NCBI GenBank assembly: GCA_017499595.2
Contig: CM039000.1
Location: 558,001 to 622,000, forward strand
Source: Psilocybe cubensis
Lineage: Eukaryota
Length of the DNA: 64,000 nucleotides
Reading direction: 5' to 3'
The position numbers and the translations under genes are program-made. Below the pieces are notes generated by a model. It was not told where the DNA came from. It saw only the letters and a program-made list of their open reading frames with translations, and did no database searches. Of the stretch, positions 34,806-50,200 are shown piece by piece (position 1 is the first letter of the stretch; every line of letters starts with the position of its first letter).

Positions 34806-36595
34806 TCAGAGTGAGAACCACTGCCTCTTCGCGTGAAGCCTCCTGTGCGCGGTGGTTGCAGCTACTTTCACCTGTGGCTCGGGCTCGGGCGATTTCTTGA
34901 CGAGCACGCCCTCCTCCGGGGAGGGAAGCAAAGCGCGTCTCCTGCGCCTGCTCGAGCGCTTCTGGCAAGACGGGGCGGGGTTGCCGTTGTCGTTGCTGGT
35001 AGAAACAGAAGCAGCGGATGCAGAAGAAGCGGAGGCAGAGGCAGAGGAAGAAGCGCCTGCGGCGAGGTTGGCGGGGGCGGGGCTTGCACCGGTGTTCCCA
35101 CCTGAGTTTGCGTTGTTCGAGCCTGAGCCGTTGTTTGAGTTGGGTTTGTTCGAGCCCGAGTTGTTGTTGTTGGAGCCAGAATTGTTGGAACCGGAGTTGC
35201 CTGCGGGAGCACTCGGAGCGCCGGCAAAGATATCGTTCTGCGCGCCTGAAAAGAAGAATCGCAAAAAAACGCCAGGTCAGCCACTTACAATCCGAAATAA
35301 AAAAAAAATAATCATTGAAACCAACCATCAGCGAAACCCAGCTTGGCATTGTATGCTGGAGACTTGAAGCTGCCTGAAAGGTCGTATCCACTGACAGCGA
35401 TGTTGTTGCCCTCGTTCTGGTTCCAGTAAATCATCTGCTTCGAGCCCTTGACGCAGGCACCTGGGTTGCCCTCGCACCACACGGGTGGCTGTGGGGGTGC
35501 AATGGGCGTAGTGCTCTTTGCGCCGGTGACTTTGCACTTGAATGGCTGGTGGTACATGTTCGGCTGGCCGCAGCCGTTCGGGACCCATCCCCACTGTGGA
35601 AAGAGTTAGACGAAAAATGTGAAGTTTGAATAGAAGTCGGCTTACAGCGCAGATGCAGCCTCCTTCAGGGCAGGCGGGCAAGTTGGCCGGGACATCGTAG
35701 CTGATAACGCGCTTCCAGGGTGTGCTGTGGGGGATTTTATTGATAAGCGTCATTGATTTATTTGCAAGGAATGAAAACCACTCACTTATAACGAACAGTG
35801 AACACTGCAAGGTTCTGGGGAGTTACTGCCTTGATGTCAGACTAGAAAGTATTTGCAAAGTGAGCGCTAGATATGATTTTGAACGAGAGTTGGGGACTTG
35901 CGTTGTACGAGATTGCGAATGCGGTTCCGGCCGCCATAGACTGATTCTGGGCATGCACTGCACAAAAATGAATCAGCAAAAACGCCAAGAAACGAGGGCC
36001 GCTCACTGTTTGGGGACGTGATGCATGAAGGGACATTCTGTGAGGCACAGTGGGTTAATTAATCAGTTGCTAGGAATATGGGAAAGACACGCACATAGTC
36101 CTCGGGGTATGTCGCACCGTCTGGCCATTCTGAGGTGTCGCGCCCGTTGTACGCCAGCGTGGTCTTTGCGCGGTTGGAGGCGATCTCGACGGTGAAGCTT
36201 CCACCAGCAGGACTGAAGTCGGGGTTTAGACGACGGAAATCAAAAATACAGGTGTGTTGGGACTCACAGCTCGAGGAAGTCCCCGTCTGCAGGAGGATAT
36301 AGGTCACACTAGGTTAACAATTGCGTTGTTGATATGATGGACTGCAGAGTGTTGTTTAATGAGATGAACATAGCACAACGGCAAAACACGTACACCACCA
36401 ATCCTTAAAGTTGAGCTGGACAATCGCGTAGGAATTCAAGTCTTGCGCAGCTTGCGGACCCTATAGAAAGAATGTAGATTCTTCAGCGGTTCTGAACATT
36501 TTGAAATGAGGACTACATTCCTTTGTGGAAAGCTGCAAGATGGGCGTTGGCGCCGCTTAGCCACAAGGCCGCTGTGAGAAGGTTGACTTGAACTT
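34806..36595 (-). pseudogene. AA14 LPMO copy 3 (early stop, lost splice donors)
   Basis: HLAAFHKGM* because a deletion removes the intron-1 donor; 12-nt exon deletion; intron 3 largely deleted near 36310-36325. Confidence 0.85.
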
Positions 36596-39500
36596 GTTGA
36601 GCCGCGTTGAAAAAGAGTGTGGTTGGCCTTGAAGAAAGAGAGTGTGTGGTTTGGCGTAAACCGAGCGGGATAGTACAAGCGTAGGTACAGGAAAGGGGAA
36701 GGAGTCGTCTGTCCAAGTCGTTGGAGTGAAAAGTTGACAGTCTAGTTTATAAGCTAATCAGGAAATGAGCGGATGGATGATACCCTGCGTTCATCTTGGA
36801 TTCATCTTGACCCCTCGTCGATTTTTCGGCAAAAAACCTGATTCCGGGCTCAGACGGGGCGGGGTTGCCGTTGTTGTTGCTGGTGGACACAGAAGATAGA
36901 TTACTATTTATGATGTGCAGATGTTGCTTTTTCTGGCGAGTTTTTTCTCGGTAAAATGTCGAGATCTATTAATAGGCCAAAAAAAGAGCGTAGTCCATGC
37001 ATTCCAACACCTTCAATTTATCGTACTAGCAGAGGTTAGCCCCGCCCGAAGGCCAGAATGGGGCGTAACCGGTCTATCTACAGGGAAATCACTCACCGGC
37101 GAAAATCTGTCAAGGTCACGGGACAAACATCCTACCACAACGACGGGTCATACGTGTTCTTCCCGGGTTGACAATAGGCCCGCCTACGTCGTGTTAGAGG
37201 GTTCAAGGGCCCCGCGCGGGTCCACTTCAGAGGTGTCCAACAATAATCGCTAGAGCATACCCCTGCGTCAAAGCTCCCCGGACGCCATTATGTTGTGTCA
37301 GAGCATAGCGGGGTGACTCGAGGGTGCTGAACGGAAATTAGGGTGAGTCCTGCTCGCCGGGTCAAAGCAACGATGTGTCGTGTTTGTCTAACGCCATACT
37401 GGTGCTGGGTGAGGAGTAGGCTGTATCCAGTTCGGCAGACAGCAATACATCTCCAGTTGGGTGGGTGCATAGCACTGCCTCCAAAGAGGCTGGACAACAT
37501 TGGATGAAGGAGGAGATGCGCGTCTTGCCGGACAGCAATACATGGATAAGAGTTGGGTAGATCCTACTCGCCGGAAGACGATACGTTGCGTTGGGGCATA
37601 TGTTGGTGGCACATAAAGTCGACACGAGCAAAGGGGAGAATTGAGCTCGCCGGAAGGCGATACGTTGCGTTGGGGCATACGTTGGTTGCACATGAAGTCG
37701 AGACGAGCAAAGGGGAGGGTCCAGCTCACCGGAAGGCGATACATGGCGTCGGCGCATAGCTGGATACGTAGTGGGTTAAATCCTGCTTGCCGGAAGACGA
37801 TGCTTCGCGTTGGAGCATCCGCTGGTTGCACATAGAGTCAAAACAAGCAAAGAGGAGGGCCCAGCTCGCCGGACGGCAATACATAGCGTCAGAGCGTAGT
37901 TGGACAAGGAGTGTGGTGGATCCTGCTCGCCGGAAGACGTTGCATTGCGTTGAAGCATCCGTTGGTTGCACATGGAGTCGATACGAGTAAAGGGGAGGGT
38001 CCAGCTCGCCGGACAGCGATATATCGTGTCGGGGCATTATTTGGTGTCCTTGGGACAAGCAAAGCGGGTGGGTTTAGCTCGCCGGACGACGATATGTTGC
38101 CTCAGAGCATCTTTAGGCATGCTGGCACTAGCGAGTCGCGGGAAAGAAATATATCGCGTCGGAGTAATCTGAGTTATGGAAAACAGTTAAGCACATGTCT
38201 AGCACTGTGAACAGCAATACACTTACCAATACCACAGCCCTTTATTCTCAAGGCGAGAATCAATGCATAGCTTCAAGGCAAAACTGATACAAAGTCAGTA
38301 CATGTTTTCAACACTATATCCAATGTCACATACCTCTTGGTTACCATGCATTCCTTTACCAGCATTCGTCGGACACCCGAATCTCAAATTTGATTCTGCA
38401 CACATTGTCAGTACTTATAAGTCTTTGAAGCGTATAAAACTTACAAGGTTGAAACCAGAATACATCGCCCGAGAGACCTAGGTTGATACTAGAGCATGGC
38501 ATAGACAGAGTGCGATGCCAAGGAGGGTGCATGACGATGAGGAACGTCCACGACAAGGAGGGTGCACAACAATGGGTGCATGACGAGGAGGGTACGCAAA
38601 AAGAAAGGTGTGCAACGAGGGAGGTAACGACGAGGACGGGTACACGTCGACGTACATCCAGCATTAGGGCATAATGCACGGCTGGTGTTCATGAAATTCC
38701 AGTCCCTCTTTATACTCTTTTTTTACCAAGTTTTCAAGGTCACGTTGTATTTTCGCTGGCACATCACCTCATTTCTGTAGCTTCATCAATTACACTAGTC
38801 TTCGCTTCACTCCAACTTCGTTTACGAAGTGTAAAATTTATTTATTGGAATGCCATAATTTGACTCTTAGGAGTCCGGGAATATGAGTGATTCCACTTCC
38901 CTGTTTGCTCTCCAACTTGAATTCCAAGGCAGAAGATCCTGCTACAAATGTCCGAAAACTGTCCACATCCACAAATTACATTCCATGCTCGAGCACTGGA
39001 ACAGCCGCTTTCGATCCTCGTAAACTCGTATCATTGTGCTAGACCCGGAGATCCACTTACGCGTAGAAGGCCGTAGTTTTGTTGAACGTTGCTTCACAAC
39101 ATTACGTGCATTTACATCCAACATAACGTCCTGCACCGCTGGCACAACACGCGCACACGGCATGCAGGTATTCTGAATTCGACGCGACGCATCTCATCCA
39201 CAACGCCAGAAAGCAAAAAGACCCTGAACGCCCCTAAACGCGAATTGACTCCGAAAATAACAAAGTCACTTGAACTCGACGCGACGCGTCGGACGCGTGT
39301 CAGGGCAGCTGAGCTGTTTAATCTAATGACGCACATTTTCGTAACAAGCGCTGCTTCCTTTGAAACCCGCTTTTGGAATAGTCGCGCTAGCGCCCGATCC
39401 GTGTCATCGCGATTCCGGATTCACGATCCTTGATTCAAGCCTAAATTTAAATCTGGGCAGACCAACATCCAGGCCCACATTTACATAAATGCTTGCTGGA

Positions 39501-42268
39501 GAGCTTTCTACTACGTCTGGGGGTCATTTTTGATGTAGCGACTGTAATTGAAGGTGTTTTCATGGGAGTTAAATATAACTCTGGCTTGTTTTCAATGTAA
39601 ATATAATTAAATCTCGAGGTATACTCTACAGAAATTGTTTGTGGGAATACCGGTAAGTCAGGTTGCATCTGCATACTCGCTGACTATCTGTAGCACTGTA
39701 GAGGTTTGATATACGTGCTTATATTAACATTCATTTCACTCTGCGGCCAAAAATCCGTCTCTGAACGGATATTTAAATAACTCATGCAGGGGTCACCCGA
39801 GCCCCTGTCCCGCTCTTGAATGTAAATTTAAAGTCTAACTGCAGCCTATGACATGCTTTACCTCAACAAGGCTAGTGGCTCGGCTGCTCGGAGCCATCAC
39901 AATGTTCAGCGGAGACTCTGAAGTTTCGGAGGATTGAGAAAAATACAATGACGTGGCATTCAAATTCACAGTAGTTTGACCTCCATAAGGCGTCTGTGAG
40001 TTGAATAGTGAATAGAAGACAATATGATAAAATCCACTTGTAACTAACAGAATAAATTGAAATCTCTTGTGAATTTTCAAGTACTCGTCCTAAAATCGAC
40101 TGCACGCAATTTCATCCGCAGAATATAGATTACAACAAGCCCACAGGCAGGGTATGGTGTACCAGTACTGATATATTACCTAGAATAGTCCAAAATCACT
40201 CACAGGAAGCAATGACATTTGTTTGACATATAAACCAATGACATTCTCCTCCTCCCCCGATACGTCATTTTACGTCGTTTCAGTCGTTTCCATTCTATCC
40301 GTACCTTATTATAGATTAGCCTAGCACCCTTCGGCTCGCAAATAACGTTGTGAATCGGTGCTCTAGAGCCCAGAAGAACGTAGTTGATTGGATACAGTGC
40401 AGGCGGGTAATAACAATGTGGCATGCGTACCGCGGCCGTTTGCTGCATACTCGCCATTTGAGGCGGTTTGGCGGATGCGTATAGGTGTAGTGATGCGTGG
40501 TTGAAGAGATGATGCGCCGTGGTGCAAAGAAAAGTCGGCAATTTGGAGTTGTTCACGTCAAGCCGTGAAATGGTGTAAATCGCGCATTCCCGCAGTTTGA
40601 AGAGGTGTAGGGGGGATTTTGTGAGCTGAGGGGCTGGAATAGTATGAAATTTAAGTGATGAGTAGTGAAATTTGAGTGCTAAAACCTTGAGAAAAGTTAC
40701 ACATTTCAAAAAATATTAAGCGCCCGAATAGACATCACACTGAATTGCGTGAACACAGCAATTCCAAAGGCATTCCTCAGGTATCTCTGTATAGCAGCAG
40801 ATACTACCATACCCCTAATCACTCACATCGTGCATCCCATGTCAACAATCCCAAAAAATTCAACAAAATTTTCAACTCACGTACATACCAACATCCTCCC
40901 CCTCCCCCGATTCGCGAATACAGCCCATTTCGAACGCCTCCCTTTCTTCCTGGTCTTTTCCGGCACTAACGGGGACCTGCTCGGCTAGGCTAGGCTGCCG
41001 TCACCCGACCTAGAAGGACGGAAATGAAAGCAACCACTGACGGTCTTCAGCTGAATACACAAATGCAATGATACGTACCGTACAATTCTGCGCGTTTTCC
41101 GCGTATTCCTGGCATTTAGGGTGTTTTAATACGTTACCTATGGTGTTATGCTGGTGTCTGGGCGTCGGATCGAAGGTTGAAAAGTCGTAAGGTTTGTCTG
41201 GTTTCGTATTGCAAGTGTGCTCATGGAGCCGAATGCCCTCATTGTTGGAATAACGGGTTTACATGGTTTTTCAATGTCAGGTAGCCCCTGAGTGATATGA
41301 TAGATGCTCTTCAGTATGTGAGTATGTCTGCGAGACTTGTTGAGCTCGGAGCACGATGGAAAAGGGTGTACTGCGTATCAACTCCAAATAAGCGCCGAGA
41401 ACGTGCATATCTACATACAGTGCAAAACAACACTACACACACCTCTAGAAAGATGACAGGGGTAATAATACCTCTCAGCTCTACCCCTCCAAACCATCCA
41501 CCCCGCGGAACCATCGAAACAGCTGAACCAATCACATCCGAATCTGCACCTCCTCTCCCAAATCCGCATTCCACCCCATTCCAACCGCATTTCTTTTCTT
41601 CCGGCTTCGGAATCTCACCACCTCGGCTACTCAGAGTCATAACGGCAGATCAGAAGAAGACAGCGGCGTTCAATTTGTCGCTGTGCAGAAGACGAGTTTT
41701 ACGGGTGTTGACTACAGAGCAAGTGTCCGCACTCCGGGAGAGCTAGAATGTGTCGTTTGTGTGATTATGGGTAGAATACGTATGGGTGGTGAATTGAATG
41801 TACGTACTGGTTTCCCCGAGTCGTGAAGCATTTGAAAATTGTGGAAGATTTGGTGCTAAAGTTTTGTTATTCGTCGTTCAGGCAATTTTGAGGAAATGGA
41901 GTGTATCATGAATCCAGTACTTGTATTGTCCTGGTTTGCGTCTTCAAGCATTGTAAATCTTTATTCTTTATTGAGTTGAATATAATTCTCTCTTGAGCGC
42001 AATGCATCGACATCAGCTCAAACAAACAAATGTACGAAATCATATTTCACAATACAACACACCCACCCAAAGTTTCACTCACTGCAAACGGAGAAACCAC
42101 ATCCAATCTACAATCTCGACACACACGGACGATCGGACCACAACTCGCGTAACCCAAATCCGAACCCGCACTAACAAGCGACACCGAAAAAAAAAAAGAA
42201 TCTGTATATTTCATTATTCGGTCTACTTACGACATGTAACAGGCGTACTAGTAACAGCCCCACGCGGG

Positions 42269-43891
42269 TATATAAAGACCACGCACCTTGCTGGCCTTTC
42301 TTCATCCCCTCACCGCCTACTCTCCTCTGCCTCTTCAGCTCTCCTCTTCTTTTCTCTTCGGGCTTGGATGGCGCGTTCTGGCAGACGGTGAGCCTTCTAG
42401 TTCGTTCTCGACGGCGCTGACGTTGTGCACTATATAGGCATTGGTGAGTGATATTGACACGACGCCGAGGCGATTCTGACGCGTTTCTCATAGGCCCGCG
42501 CACCACGATGAAAACACCCCTCCTAACCTTGCCCGTAAAGGTGAGTTGCACCCACCCAACGATGCGCTGCTACTCACTTTGCTTCTCGCTGCACAGAAAA
42601 GTAAGGATTTCCGTGAGTCGGGGCCCCTATGACACGCAGAGCGCTGACAACGCACCTTGACAGAATGGCCTCTCGATCCATCCACCTGACGGCGTGGGCT
42701 GGTTGATACCGTGAAGGTTGCTGGAAAGGTCCTAGACGGTGTGGACACGATAACGACGGTAAGTAGTAGGGCAATAACTAACAGATGCTTTACTGACCCA
42801 CCTTGAAATTAGATTCCCCGCCCGCCTCTGTCACTGCAAGTTGGATCCATTGGACTATGAGGGGACATAACATGCCCCCCAAATCCCGCTCCACGGTGAG
42901 TGTCGAGAGCGACTGAAAGTGCTTGCTGATTAATCCGACGCTTGCTGGGGTAGACGACCCTACGCGGGTATAAAGACCACGGGTGTTGCTGGCATTCTTC
43001 ATCTTTGGGCTTGGATGACGTGTTCGGGCAGACGGTGAGCTTTGTAGTCGACAGCGCTGACGTTGAGCACACCAGAGCCACCGTTTGAGGCGACGGTGAG
43101 TAACATGCACACGATGCCAATGTGATTCTGACGCATTCCTCGTAGAAGTGCTATAGGTGCGTTGGTCACCGCAGAACGCTGACAACATACCTCGACAGAA
43201 CACCACCTAGCCTGTCCCGCTCTGCCCAGACCAGCCAACACCGCTTCTCGCTACACAGACAAGGCATTGCCTACAGAATTTCTGTGAGTCGGGGCCCCTG
43301 ATACGTAGAAAGCTGACGAAATACCTTGACAGAATGTCTTCTTGATCCATCCCGCTCCTCTCCCTGGCATAACGATTGACGGCGTGAAAAAAAAGAAGTT
43401 TAGATGCGTAACGAACTGCAGAGTACTGACCGTGCCGATTACTCCATCCCACACTCTCCTTGTATCCTTTCCCTCTCCGCATTGCCCCATACCACCAATG
43501 ACCGCGCGCAGCGACACTGTCTTGACGGCCGTCCAGAATGCATGCAGCTGAGGGGAGAGAGGTAAGCACAATCCCTCGCGGTCAAAAGAATTGTCAACTT
43601 ACTGACCGGTGATACAAGCTGTTGAAAATTGACATGGCCTGCCCACACCATCGATGACCTGCGCTGTGTGCTGGATAGCGCGCAGTGACGCTGTCTTGAC
43701 GGCCGCCCAGAATGCACACAGCTGAGGGAAAGCGGTAAGCACGGTCCCTTGAGGTTGAAAGAGTTGTCTACTGACCTGTGACACAAATCGACCCCCTAGG
43801 TCCATGGATAGCGAGCAAAGACTCTTGACCGCAAGGTAAGCCGTCGATATAATAACCCAACCAACCTATTGACGCACCAATTGACCTCTAG
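42269..43891 (+). ncRNA. Intron-dense spliced module, unit 3 copy
   Basis: Copy of 31565-33187 at +10704. Confidence 0.45.
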
Positions 43892-44348
43892 TCGGGCACG
43901 ACTGTATGCGCGAGCCTTGTTCTTTGAGGCGCAAGGAACCTTGGGTGTTGGTTAAAGGTATGCCCGCTCAGTTTGTCTGCGAAACTGTCTTGAATGGCGG
44001 GCTGAATGCTGCATGCACTGTGGCTTGACGGGGGTGGAAAGACTCTGCAAGGGTGCTGTCACTGGCTTGGGCATCCATCGCTTGTCCCATGACGGCGGCG
44101 TGTCGACGTTGGGATCAACGTTGTTTAGTGATGAGTCTGCGTGCTGCCACATTCCCCTATACGGACATGCGGCCTCAAGCTGAGATCCAACAACTGAGAA
44201 AGTCAAATATAAAAAGACGGACAATAACGTACCTCAGTTTCCCCTAGATGCTCACAAATATCAAGGTAGGCGAAGATCGGGGTGTGTGAGTGAGAAGACG
44301 AAGCGGGTAATATAGGTGCTGTGGGGATGAGGCGGAGAGTGCAACATG

Positions 44349-44483
44349 TGTCGCCTCCTTCATCTTCCAACGGAAAGGACTTGAGCGCAAGGTGCACGGC
44401 GTGACGGTGGTCAAGGAGCTCATCAAAAACGAAGGCCGACTGCCTTCTTCAAGGGGCTGACGCCAAAGGTATGCCAGTGTCCT
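44349..44483 (+). pseudogene. GGC1: GGC1 relic, unit 4
   Basis: Same as the unit 3 relic. Confidence 0.9.
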
Positions 44484-45509
44484 ACTTAGTTGCAATTCGC
44501 CGCATGCACCGCATCGACACAACGTCTAGTGATTACTTGCTAAAACAGGTATACATACATCTCGTAGTGTAGAGTATGATTCAGGAGCACATGCACAGCT
44601 GGTGGGGATAGATAGGGTAGGTAGGTTACTATAGGTGTAGTAGTAGTATGTCGGCTGTACACACATGAAAAAAGGTATAAGTGTTAACGTGAATGTGAAT
44701 CTGGGAAAACAAGGTCATAAAGATGGGAGAAAATTAAATATAGGAAATGTGCGGTCGGGTGTGCGTGCACACTATGCAGCAGAGGAGAACACAACAGGCA
44801 GAAGGTAGAGGTGGATGATAACGAGGTGAACATGCCGAAGAAGAAGAAAAAGAGGAGAACAATGCAGAGGAGGGAAAATCGAGAACGAAATTGAAGGAAG
44901 ACGAAACGAGAATCAAATCAGAACGGCTCGAAATCCAAAATCCAGTTCCGATTCCAATAGTTTTCTACAACAACTCTACTCTACAAAGATCTTCTACTTT
45001 TACAAATTCGTCTTCGACACGTCAACGCGTCGTCGACGATCACCCGCGTACCGCGCCACCTGCTCTGCAGTGGTCACTCGTCCTCGCACGCACGCGTGCA
45101 AGTGCACAAATCAAGCACGACCGGTGAGTCTTTCTACTACATCAAAACAAAAAAAAGCAGAAACGGGGGAAAGAAATAGAAAACAAAAGGAGAAAGCGGG
45201 AACTGGACTGGACGATATACACGAGGGGCTTGGTGGTGGTGGTGGTGGTGGTGGCAACAACAGACAGCATCGAGCGCCAGGCGGTCTAGGGATGGACAGA
45301 AGGGATCCTCCGAGCATGCATGCACGCGCGTGTGCTCCCCTCCCTCTCATCCTCCGAGGTGTGATGTTGGCCCGCAAAAAGTGAATAGGTGCGTATGTGG
45401 GTGGAAATCAACTCCGGGTATCGGTTACTGAACTAGATGGGAAGGGGGGGAGGAGACTTGGACAGACATGTATGGTATGCAGGGAGGCACGACGGAAGAA
45501 GGAGGGCGC

Positions 45510-47299
45510 TCAGAGTGAGAACCACTGCCTCTTCGCGTGAAGCCTCCTGTGCGCGGTGGTTGCAGCTACTTTCACCTGTGGCTCGGGCTCGGGCGATTTC
45601 TTGACGAGCACGCCCTCCTCCGGGGAGGGAAGCAAAGCGCGTCTCCTGCGCCTGCTCGAGCGCTTCTGGCAAGACGGGGCGGGGTTGCCGTTGTCGTTGC
45701 TGGTAGAAACAGAAGCAGCGGATGCAGAAGAAGCGGAGGCAGAGGCAGAGGAAGAAGCGCCTGCGGCGAGGTTGGCGGGGGCGGGGCTTGCACCGGTGTT
45801 CCCACCTGAGTTTGCGTTGTTCGAGCCTGAGCCGTTGTTTGAGTTGGGTTTGTTCGAGCCCGAGTTGTTGTTGTTGGAGCCAGAATTGTTGGAACCGGAG
45901 TTGCCTGCGGGAGCACTCGGAGCGCCGGCAAAGATATCGTTCTGCGCGCCTGAAAAGAAGAATCGCAAAAAAACGCCAGGTCAGCCACTTACAATCCGAA
46001 ATAAAAAAAAAATAATCATTGAAACCAACCATCAGCGAAACCCAGCTTGGCATTGTATGCTGGAGACTTGAAGCTGCCTGAAAGGTCGTATCCACTGACA
46101 GCGATGTTGTTGCCCTCGTTCTGGTTCCAGTAAATCATCTGCTTCGAGCCCTTGACGCAGGCACCTGGGTTGCCCTCGCACCACACGGGTGGCTGTGGGG
46201 GTGCAATGGGCGTAGTGCTCTTCGCGCCGGTGACTTTGCACTTGAATGGCTGGTGGTACATGTTCGGCTGGCCGCAGCCGTTCGGGACCCATCCCCACTG
46301 TGGAAAGAGTTAGACGAAAAATGTGAAGTTTGAATAGAAGTCGGCTTACAGCGCAGATGCAGCCTCCTTCAGGGCAGGCGGGCAAGTTGGCCGGGACATC
46401 GTAGCTGATAACGCGCTTCCAGGGTGTGCTGTGGGGGATTTTATTGATAAGCGTCATTGATTTATTTGCAAGGAATGAAAACCACTCACTTATAACGAAC
46501 AGTGAACACTGCAAGGTTCTGGGGAGTTACTGCCTTGATGTCAGACTAGAAAGTATTTGCAAAGTGAGCGCTAGATATGATTTTGAACGAGAGTTGGGGA
46601 CTTGCGTTGTACGAGATTGCGAATGCGGTTCCGGCCGCCATAGACTGATTCTGGGCATGCACTGCACAAAAATGAATCAGCAAAAACGCCAAGAAACGAG
46701 GGCCGCTCACTGTTTGGGGACGTGATGCATGAAGGGACATTCTGTGAGGCACAGTGGGTTAATTAATCAGTTGCTAGGAATATGGGAAAGACACGCACAT
46801 AGTCCTCGGGGTATGTCGCACCGTCTGGCCATTCTGAGGTGTCGCGCCCGTTGTACGCCAGCGTGGTCTTTGCGCGGTTGGAGGCGATCTCGACGGTGAA
46901 GCTTCCACCAGCAGGACTGAAGTCGGGGTTTAGACGACGGAAATCAAAAATACAGGTGTGTTGGGACTCACAGCTCGAGGAAGTCCCCGTCTGCAGGAGG
47001 ATATAGGTCACACTAGGTTAACAATTGCGTTGTTGATATGATGGACTGCAGAGTGTTGTTTAATGAGATGAACATAGCACAACGGCAAAACACGTACACC
47101 ACCAATCCTTAAAGTTGAGCTGGACAATCGCGTAGGAATTCAAGTCTTGCGCAGCTTGCGGACCCTATAGAAAGAATGTAGATTCTTCAGCGGTTCTGAA
47201 CATTTTGAAATGAGGACTACATTCCTTTGTGGAAAGCTGCAAGATGGGCGTTGGCGCCGCTTAGCCACAAGGCCGCTGTGAGAAGGTTGACTTGAACTT
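45510..47299 (-). pseudogene. AA14 LPMO copy 4
   Basis: Same lesions as copy 3. Confidence 0.85.
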
Positions 47300-50200
47300 G
47301 TTGAGCCGCGTTGAAAAAGAGTGTGGTTGGCCTTGAAGAAAGAGAGTGTGTGGTTTGGCGTAAACCGAGCGGGATAGTACAAGCGTAGGTACAGGAAAGG
47401 GGAAGGAGTCGTCTGTCCAAGTCGTTGGAGTGAAAAGTTGACAGTCTAGTTTATAAGCTAATCAGGAAATGAGCGGATGGATGATACCCTGCGTTCATCT
47501 TGGATTCATCTTGACCCCTCGTCGATTTTTCGGCAAAAAACCTGATTCCGGGCTCAGACGGGGCGGGGTTGCCGTTGTTGTTGCTGGTGGACACAGAAGA
47601 TAGATTACTATTTATGATGTGCAGATGTTGCTTTTTCTGGCGAGTTTTTTCTCGGTAAAATGTCGAGATCTATTAATAGGCCAAAAAAAGAGCGTAGTCC
47701 ATGCATTCCAACACCTTCAATTTATCGTACTAGCAGAGGTTAGCCCCGCCCGAAGGCCAGAATGGGGCGTAACCGGTCTATCTACAGGGAAATCACTCAC
47801 CGGCGAAAATCTGTCAAGGTCACGGGACAAACATCCTACCACAACGACGGGTCATACGTGTTCTTCCCGGGTTGACAATAGGCCCGCCTACGTCGTGTTA
47901 GAGGGTTCAAGGGCCCCGCGCGGGTCCACTTCAGAGGTGTCCAACAATAATCGCTAGAGCATACCCCTGCGTCAAAGCTCCCCGGACGCCATTATGTTGT
48001 GTCAGAGCATAGCGGGGTGACTCGAGGGTGCTGAACGGAAATTAGGGTGAGTCCTGCTCGCCGGGTCAAAGCAACGATGTGTCGTGTTTGTCTAACGCCA
48101 TACTGGTGCTGGGTGAGGAGTAGGCTGTATCCAGTTCGGCAGACAGCAATACATCTCCAGTTGGGTGGGTGCATAGCACTGCCTCCAAAGAGGCTGGACA
48201 ACATTGGATGAAGGAGGAGATGCGCGTCTTGCCGGACAGCAATACATGGATAAGAGTTGGGTAGATCCTACTCGCCGGAAGACGATACGTTGCGTTGGGG
48301 CATATGTTGGTGGCACATAAAGTCGACACGAGCAAAGGGGAGAATTGAGCTCGCCGGAAGGCGATACGTTGCGTTGGGGCATACGTTGGTTGCACATGAA
48401 GTCGAGACGAGCAAAGGGGAGGGTCCAGCTCACCGGAAGGCGATACATGGCGTCGGCGCATAGCTGGATACGTAGTGGGTTAAATCCTGCTTGCCGGAAG
48501 ACGATGCTTCGCGTTGGAGCATCCGCTGGTTGCACATAGAGTCAAAACAAGCAAAGAGGAGGGCCCAGCTCGCCGGACGGCAATACATAGCGTCAGAGCG
48601 TAGTTGGACAAGGAGTGTGGTGGATCCTGCTCGCCGGAAGACGTTGCATTGCGTTGAAGCATCCGTTGGTTGCACATGGAGTCGATACGAGTAAAGGGGA
48701 GGGTCCAGCTCGCCGGACAGCGATATATCGTGTCGGGGCATTATTTGGTGTCCTTGGGACAAGCAAAGCGGGTGGGTTTAGCTCGCCGGACGACGATATG
48801 TTGCCTCAGAGCATCTTTAGGCATGCTGGCACTAGCGAGTCGCGGGAAAGAAATATATCGCGTCGGAGTAATCTGAGTTATGGAAAACAGTTAAGCACAT
48901 GTCTAGCACTGTGAACAGCAATACACTTACCAATACCACAGCCCTTTATTCTCAAGGCGAGAATCAATGCATAGCTTCAAGGCAAAACTGATACAAAGTC
49001 AGTACATGTTTTCAACACTATATCCAATGTCACATACCTCTTGGTTACCATGCATTCCTTTACCAGCATTCGTCGGACACCCGAATCTCAAATTTGATTC
49101 TGCACACATTGTCAGTACTTATAAGTCTTTGAAGCGTATAAAACTTACAAGGTTGAAACCAGAATACATCGCCCGAGAGACCTAGGTTGATACTAGAGCA
49201 TGGCATAGACAGAGTGCGATGCCAAGGAGGGTGCATGACGATGAGGAACGTCCACGACAAGGAGGGTGCACAACAATGGGTGCATGACGAGGAGGGTACG
49301 CAAAAAGAAAGGTGTGCAACGAGGGAGGTAACGACGAGGACGGGTACACGTCGACGTACATCCAGCATTAGGGCATAATGCACGGCTGGTGTTCATGAAA
49401 TTCCAGTCCCTCTTTATACTCTTTTTTTACCAAGTTTTCAAGGTCACGTTGTATTTTCGCTGGCACATCACCTCATTTCTGTAGCTTCATCAATTACACT
49501 AGTCTTCGCTTCACTCCAACTTCGTTTACGAAGTGTAAAATTTATTTATTGGAATGCCATAATTTGACTCTTAGGAGTCCGGGAATATGAGTGATTCCAC
49601 TTCCCTGTTTGCTCTCCAACTTGAATTCCAAGGCAGAAGATCCTGCTACAAATGTCCGAAAACTGTCCACATCCACAAATTACATTCCATGCTCGAGCAC
49701 TGGAACAGCCGCTTTCGATCCTCGTAAACTCGTATCATTGTGCTAGACCCGGAGATCCACTTACGCGTAGAAGGCCGTAGTTTTGTTGAACGTTGCTTCA
49801 CAACATTACGTGCATTTACATCCAACATAACGTCCTGCACCGCTGGCACAACACGCGCACACGGCATGCAGGTATTCTGAATTCGACGCGACGCATCTCA
49901 TCCACAACGCCAGAAAGCAAAAAGACCCTGAACGCCCCTAAACGCGAATTGACTCCGAAAATAACAAAGTCACTTGAACTCGACGCGACGCGTCGGACGC
50001 GTGTCAGGGCAGCTGAGCTGTTTAATCTAATGACGCACATTTTCGTAACAAGCGCTGCTTCCTTTGAAACCCGCTTTTGGAATAGTCGCGCTAGCGCCCG
50101 ATCCGTGTCATCGCGATTCCGGATTCACGATCCTTGATTCAAGCCTAAATTTAAATCTGGGCAGACCAACATCCAGGCCCACATTTACATAAATGCTTGC

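Larger units (their letters stand above)
33645..44348 (+). repeat. Array unit 3 (10,704 bp)
   Basis: Junction to junction. Confidence 0.95.
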
